A stretch of 20,000 nucleotides of DNA, taken from sequence record SRR20825006_497; one strand, 5' to 3'. The notes under the pieces were generated by a model. That model was not told the DNA's origin, made no database searches, and worked only from the letters and a program-made list of their open reading frames with translations. Shown here one piece after another: positions 16,116 to 20,000 of the stretch. The translations under genes and the position numbers were made by a program. Numbering within the stretch: position 1 is the first letter of the stretch; every line of letters begins with the position of its first letter.

Positions 16116-17051
16116 ATGCCGCCCGTGACCTATGAAGACAAGCCCCTCGAAGACCAATACCATTTCAACGTGATCCGTCGCGCCATCGACCTGTTGGATC
16201 AGGCCCCCCTACCCTTGCCGCTTGACGCACTGGCACAGGCTCTGGGCATGAGCCCGCATCACGCGCAAAAAATCTTTTCGCAATGGGCCGGAGTGTCGCC
16301 AAAACGGTTTCAGCAATATCTCACCCTGGGCCATGCCAAGGCGATGATTGCACAAAATCATACAATGGTTGAGGTCGCCGATGGTGCCGGGCTGTCCAGC
16401 ACGGGCCGCCTGCACGATCTCTTTATGCGCTGGGATGCGATGACGCCGGGGGATTTTGCCCGCAAAGGTGCGGGGCTGACACTCGCATACGGCTGGTTCG
16501 CCACGCCCTTTGGCGACGCCTTGGCCATGTCCACCGAGCGCGGCCTCTGCGCCCTCGCCTTTATCTCTGAGACCACGCGAGAGGCGGCCTTTGCCGACCT
16601 CTCCGGGCGTTGGCCCGCCGCCACCTACATTGAGGACACCGAAGCCGTGCGCCCCTACATCGCCGCAGCCATCGGCGGCGGCGATCTGAAACTGCACCTC
16701 ATCGGTGCGCCGTTTCAGATCAAAGTCTGGGAGGCGCTTTTGTCGATTCCTTCGGGTCAGGTCACCACCTATTCCGACATCGCTGCGGCCATTGGTGCGC
16801 CCAAAGCCGTGCGCGCGGTCGGCACCGCCGTCGGGCGCAACCCGGTGAGCTGGTTGATCCCCTGCCACCGCGTTTTGCGCAAAACCGGCGCTTTGGGCGG
16901 CTATCACTGGGGTCTACCTGTCAAACGCGCGCTTTTGGCCTATGAAAGCCTGCAAGCCGACAGTCAATCCCACATCCCGACTGAGCAGAAACCCGCCGCA
17001 CTTGCGTGCTCCGCGAAAATCCACCGTGTTTCTGGCGCAATAGAGCGGTAA
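16116..17051 (+). CDS. AraC-HTH / methylated-DNA--protein-cysteine methyltransferase (Ada-like, no N-terminal Zn domain)
   Basis: GMSPHHAQKIFSQWAGVSPKRF HTH; FQIKVWEALLSIPSGQVTTYSDIA, AVRAVGTAVGRNP, active site IPCHRV, GGYHWG. Confidence 0.92.
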   Translation: MPPVTYEDKPLEDQYHFNVIRRAIDLLDQAPLPLPLDALAQALGMSPHHAQKIFSQWAGVSPKRFQQYLTLGHAKAMIAQNHTMVEVADGAGLSSTGRLHDLFMRWDAMTPGDFARKGAGLTLAYGWFATPFGDALAMSTERGLCALAFISETTREAAFADLSGRWPAATYIEDTEAVRPYIAAAIGGGDLKLHLIGAPFQIKVWEALLSIPSGQVTTYSDIAAAIGAPKAVRAVGTAVGRNPVSWLIPCHRVLRKTGALGGYHWGLPVKRALLAYESLQADSQSHIPTEQKPAALACSAKIHRVSGAIER

Positions 17052-17088
17052 AACCAGCGCCAGAGCAGTTTTAACACGAGGATACGAT

Positions 17089-17736
17089 ATGAAATCCCCT
17101 CTTTTCGTTGCCATCCCGCTGATCGCCAGTTTTGGTCTGACGGCGTGCATGGACACCTATAGCGCTGATTCCAATCAGAAAACCACCCAAGGTGCCGTTA
17201 TCGGCGCGACCCTTGGCGGCATTTTAGGCGCAAGCTCCAATGACGACAAATTGGCAAAAGCCGCCGTCGGTGCGGTGATTGGTGGGGCCATTGGTGGCGC
17301 CATCGGTCAGCAATTGGACAAACAAGCCGCAGATTTGCGTCAGGATCTCGGCAATGATGACGTGAAAATCGTCAACACCGGCTCGCAGTTGATTGTCACC
17401 ATGCCACAGGACATTCTGTTTGCCACCGATAGCTCCGTTGTGATGCCCTCGCTGCAAAGCGACCTGAGCAAACTGGCCTATAACCTTCAGGATTATCCGA
17501 ACACCACGGTTCAGGTGATCGGTCACACGGACAACACCGGCTCTGCAACCTACAACCAAGCCTTGTCGACCCGCCGCGCCTCTGCTGTGGCAACGATCCT
17601 GACCGCCAATGGCGTGGCTCCGGGCCGGGTTCAGGCCTATGGCCGCGGCGAAGATGCGCCTGTGACCACCAACCTGACCCCAGAAGGCCGCGCGCAAAAC
17701 CGCCGCGTCGAAATCGTCATCACGCCGATGACCTGA
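17089..17736 (+). CDS. OmpA-family lipoprotein with glycine zipper (YiaD-like)
   Basis: Lipobox LTAC; glycine zipper GAVIGATLGGILG/GAVIGGAIGGAIG; OmpA C-terminal domain GHTD..G...YNQALSTRRA, NRRVEI. GAGGA RBS. Confidence 0.95.
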   Translation: MKSPLFVAIPLIASFGLTACMDTYSADSNQKTTQGAVIGATLGGILGASSNDDKLAKAAVGAVIGGAIGGAIGQQLDKQAADLRQDLGNDDVKIVNTGSQLIVTMPQDILFATDSSVVMPSLQSDLSKLAYNLQDYPNTTVQVIGHTDNTGSATYNQALSTRRASAVATILTANGVAPGRVQAYGRGEDAPVTTNLTPEGRAQNRRVEIVITPMT

Positions 17737-17759
17737 CCTCGCCAAAAGGGGACGATTTG

Positions 17760-17787
17760 AAAGGCCGGGCTCAGTCCCGGCCTTTTT
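17760..17787 (+). terminator. Intrinsic terminator of the OmpA-family gene
   Basis: AAAGGCCGGG-ctcagt-CCCGGCCTTTTT. Confidence 0.9.
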
Positions 17788-17829
17788 CACGGCCAACAGA
17801 TGCGTGTTTTCGTGGCACCTCTGCGCGTC

Positions 17830-17848
17830 TGGTCATATGATTTGATCA
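17830..17848. promoter_or_regulatory. Candidate FadR-subfamily operator TGGTCA-N7-TGATCA
   Basis: Near-palindrome with a TGGT half-site typical of FadR-subfamily GntR operators, just upstream of the regulator's GGAGG RBS. Confidence 0.55.
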
Positions 17849-17865
17849 CTCTTATGGAGGGGCCC

Positions 17866-18636
17866 ATGCCATTTCAAAAAATCAACGCCGAAAAACTGTC
17901 GCATTCGGTGATGAAGCAAATCGAATTGTTGATCCTGCGTGGCATTTTGCGACCCGGCGAACGCCTGCCCTCGGAACGCGATTTGGCGGAGCGTCTGGGC
18001 GTATCGCGGCCCTCGGTGCGCGAAGCCCTCGCAGAGCTCTCGTCCAAGGGCCTTTTGACCACAAAAGCCGGCGCAGGCGTGTTTGTCGCGGATGTCTTGG
18101 GGTCGGCCTTCTCCCCCGCCTTGGTCAAACTCTTTGGCAGCCATGACGAGGCGGTGTTTGACTATATCGCGTTTCGTCGTGACATGGAGGGCCTGGCCGC
18201 CGAACGTGCCACCCGCTTTGCCTCCGACACCGATTTGAACGTCATCAACGCGATCTTTAAAAAAATGGAAGCGGCGCATCCTAAGCGCAATCCAACGGAC
18301 GAAGCACGGCTTGATGCGGAGTTTCACCTCTCGATCATTGAGGCCAGCCACAATGTCATTATGCTGCATATGATGCGGTCAATGTTTGATCTGCTGCGTG
18401 AGGGTGTGTTTTACAACCGCTCGGTGATCTTCAAACAACGCACCAACCGCGCCCTTCTGTTGGATCAACACCGCGCCATCAATGACGCGTTGCAAGCGCG
18501 CGACCCGGACGCCGCCCGCGCCGCAGTGATCCGGCATCTGGATTATGTCGAAGCGGCGCTCAGCGATCAGCAGAAATTCGAGCGCAACGAAGACATTGCC
18601 CGGCTCAGGTTTGAGCATGAACAGTCGCGGGGCTGA
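17866..18636 (+). CDS. GntR-family (FadR subfamily; PdhR/LldR/GlcC-like) transcriptional regulator
   Basis: ILRPGERLPSERDLAERLGVSRPSVREAL winged HTH; FCD domain DAEFHLSIIEASHN, LDQHRAI, RHL. GGAGG RBS before ATG 17866. Confidence 0.93.
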   Translation: MPFQKINAEKLSHSVMKQIELLILRGILRPGERLPSERDLAERLGVSRPSVREALAELSSKGLLTTKAGAGVFVADVLGSAFSPALVKLFGSHDEAVFDYIAFRRDMEGLAAERATRFASDTDLNVINAIFKKMEAAHPKRNPTDEARLDAEFHLSIIEASHNVIMLHMMRSMFDLLREGVFYNRSVIFKQRTNRALLLDQHRAINDALQARDPDAARAAVIRHLDYVEAALSDQQKFERNEDIARLRFEHEQSRG

Positions 18637-18641
18637 CCCCT

Positions 18642-18662
18642 TTCATTGCAGCCAAATACTCA
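18642..18662 (+). repeat. Dispersed 3'-UTR motif, copy 2 (TTCATTGCAGCCAAATACTCA)
   Basis: Near-identical to 13442-13463. Confidence 0.7.
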
Positions 18663-18666
18663 AAAC

Positions 18667-18694
18667 AAAACCCCCGCCAAAGCGGGGGTTTTTT
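18667..18694. terminator. Bidirectional intrinsic terminator (gntR / atp F0 operon)
   Basis: AAAACCCCCGC-caaa-GCGGGGGTTTTTT. Confidence 0.9.
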
Positions 18695-18727
18695 GATCGG
18701 GGTTTGACGGGTCAGGTCAGGAAAAGA

Positions 18728-19300
18728 TCAGTGCAGTTTTTCACCGACTTCGGTGATCGAGGTCTCGATCAACGTATTGGCATCTGCTGCCGTCATCTGT
18801 TTGGTGATGATGTCAGAGGCCGCGCCAATGGCGACGGTAATGGCCGCATTGCGCACGTCACGGATGGCCGCAGCTTCGGCTGCCGCAATCTGGTCTTCAG
18901 CCGCGGCGAGACGACGTTGGATCGAGGTTTTGATGTCCTCTTTCGCTTTCTCGGCAGCCAATTCCGCGTCTTTTTTGGCCTGAGCGACAATAGCGTCGGC
19001 TTGGTCTTGCACTTCGCGCTGTTTGCGCTCGTAAGAGGCCAAGATCGACTGCGCTTCGTCACGCAGGGCACGGGCTTCGTCCAGATCGGATTTGATGCCA
19101 GCCGCACGGTCGTCAAGCATTTTGCCCAACAGTGCCGGAACCTTTTTCCAGATCAGAATGCCAACAAACACCAAAAAGCCCAAAAGGACGATCAGGTTGG
19201 TGTTGGTCAGCGTCCAGAAATCGCCCGAAAACGGGTTTTGGGATGCGGCCAAGGCCGGGGTTGCAGTAACCAATGCGATGAGAAGAGAAAGTTTTTTCAT
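18728..19300 (-). CDS. atpF: F0F1 ATP synthase subunit b
   Basis: Transmembrane segment NLIVLLGFLVFVGILIW, then KMLDDRAAGIKSDLDEARALRDEA coiled coil. Last gene of the F0 operon. Confidence 0.93.
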   Translation of the reverse strand: MKKLSLLIALVTATPALAASQNPFSGDFWTLTNTNLIVLLGFLVFVGILIWKKVPALLGKMLDDRAAGIKSDLDEARALRDEAQSILASYERKQREVQDQADAIVAQAKKDAELAAEKAKEDIKTSIQRRLAAAEDQIAAAEAAAIRDVRNAAITVAIGAASDIITKQMTAADANTLIETSITEVGEKLH

Positions 19301-19304
19301 ATCC

Positions 19305-19835
19305 TTACCCTTTCATACGCGCGGTGACCGCGGCGGTGATGGTGCGTGCATCCGCAGTTGTACCGAGAGCGGCGACGATTTCTTTGGCGGTGTCTTTGGC
19401 CACAGCTTTGACACTGTCCATCGCACCATCGCGGATTTCGGCGATGGCTTTCTCAGATTCGGCCGCTTTGGCCGCAATCTGTGCATCGGCTTTGGCAAGC
19501 GCTGTGTCGAGATCGGCCTGAATCGCAGCGCGGGTCTCGTTGGAGATCCGTTGCGCTTCAGACTTCGCCTCAGCGAGAGCCGCGTTATAGGCTGCTTCTG
19601 CCTCTTTGGCCTTGAGCTTGAGCTCTTCAGCGGCAGAAATATCATTCATGATCGTGCCGGACCGTTCCGCAAGCACCGTAGAGATGCGCGGCAGGGCGAT
19701 TTTCGAGAGCACGAAATAGATCACGACAAGCGTGACCAGAAGCCAGAAAATTTGGTTGGGGAATGTCGCGAAGTCGAGCTGCGGCATGCCTGCCTCAGCG
19801 GTCGCCAACTCTGCCCCGTGCGTCTCTGTTGCCAT
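19305..19835 (-). CDS. atpF2: F0F1 ATP synthase subunit b'
   Basis: [17 protein letters not shown]...[11 protein letters not shown]...[20 protein letters not shown]. Confidence 0.93.
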   Translation of the reverse strand: MATETHGAELATAEAGMPQLDFATFPNQIFWLLVTLVVIYFVLSKIALPRISTVLAERSGTIMNDISAAEELKLKAKEAEAAYNAALAEAKSEAQRISNETRAAIQADLDTALAKADAQIAAKAAESEKAIAEIRDGAMDSVKAVAKDTAKEIVAALGTTADARTITAAVTARMKG

Positions 19836-19891
19836 CTTATCCTCCTGGCTCTGACCTAATTCTCCGACCTCATGCCGGAGAGACCCCTAGT

Positions 19892-19933
19892 TTACGCGAG
19901 GGTGGATCGGAAAACCGACCCACCCTGCCGTAA
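19892..19933 (-). other. Intercistronic stem-loop downstream of atpE
   Basis: Minus strand reads TTACG-gc-AGGGTGGGTCGG-tttt-CCGATCCACCCT-cg-CGTAA. One position is a G-U pair on the mRNA strand but a mismatch on the other strand. Confidence 0.7.
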
Positions 19934-19948
19934 GGATAGAGTGTTCGA

Positions 19949-20000
19949 TCAGACGGCGAACATCAGCAGAAGAGCGACGAGGAACGAGAAGATCCCCAGA
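19949..20000 (-). CDS. atpE: F0F1 ATP synthase subunit c, C-terminal fragment
   Basis: Reverse strand reads ...LGIFSFLVALLLMFAV*, the typical C-terminus of alphaproteobacterial subunit c, upstream of b' and b. Confidence 0.93.
   Translation of the reverse strand, partial: LGIFSFLVALLLMFAV

Noticed and set aside
10632..17051. polA-nth-ada as a co-regulated SOS/repair island
   Set aside because: Genes lie on different strands and transcription units, and I saw no GTTC-N7-GTTC alphaproteobacterial LexA box upstream of them.
19244..19300. Signal-peptide-like N-terminus of ATP synthase subunit b
   Set aside because: An N-terminal leader on subunit b is a familiar feature in purple-bacteria relatives, so not novel.
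18545..19859. + strand ORFs 18545..19327 and 19092..19859
   Set aside because: Antisense to atpF and atpF2, and the first crosses a terminator; no coding signal.

Overview
A mostly housekeeping chromosomal segment from a moderately GC-rich alphaproteobacterium. Protein style and gene order point to Rhodobacteraceae/Roseobacter group (inference). Gene order: DUF58 (partial) and a MoxR AAA+ ATPase (-); DUF1285 and a hydroxypyruvate isomerase-family gene (+); a His-rich CDF metal exporter (-) divergent from a TetR regulator (+); a small secreted protein (+); a sulfotransferase (-) divergent from a GT14/core-2 branching glycosyltransferase and a HIT hydrolase (+); an ABC ATPase (-); a zf-CHCC protein, a globin-fold protein and polA (+); adenosine kinase and nth (-); a Hint-domain protein, an Ada/Ogt-type methyltransferase, an OmpA lipoprotein and a GntR/FadR regulator (+); then F0 ATP synthase b, b' and partial c (-). 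I see no mobile element, CRISPR array, tRNA/rRNA or clear multi-gene novel system. The best leads are small: a globin-fold protein with Phe in place of the proximal His; a ~100-nt branched RNA-like structure between the ABC ATPase and zf-CHCC genes; a 21-22 nt motif repeated between a stop codon and a terminator at two loci; a Hint domain lacking its catalytic Cys; and a small secreted protein with a motif-rich upstream region. All family assignments come from motif recognition, not database searches.
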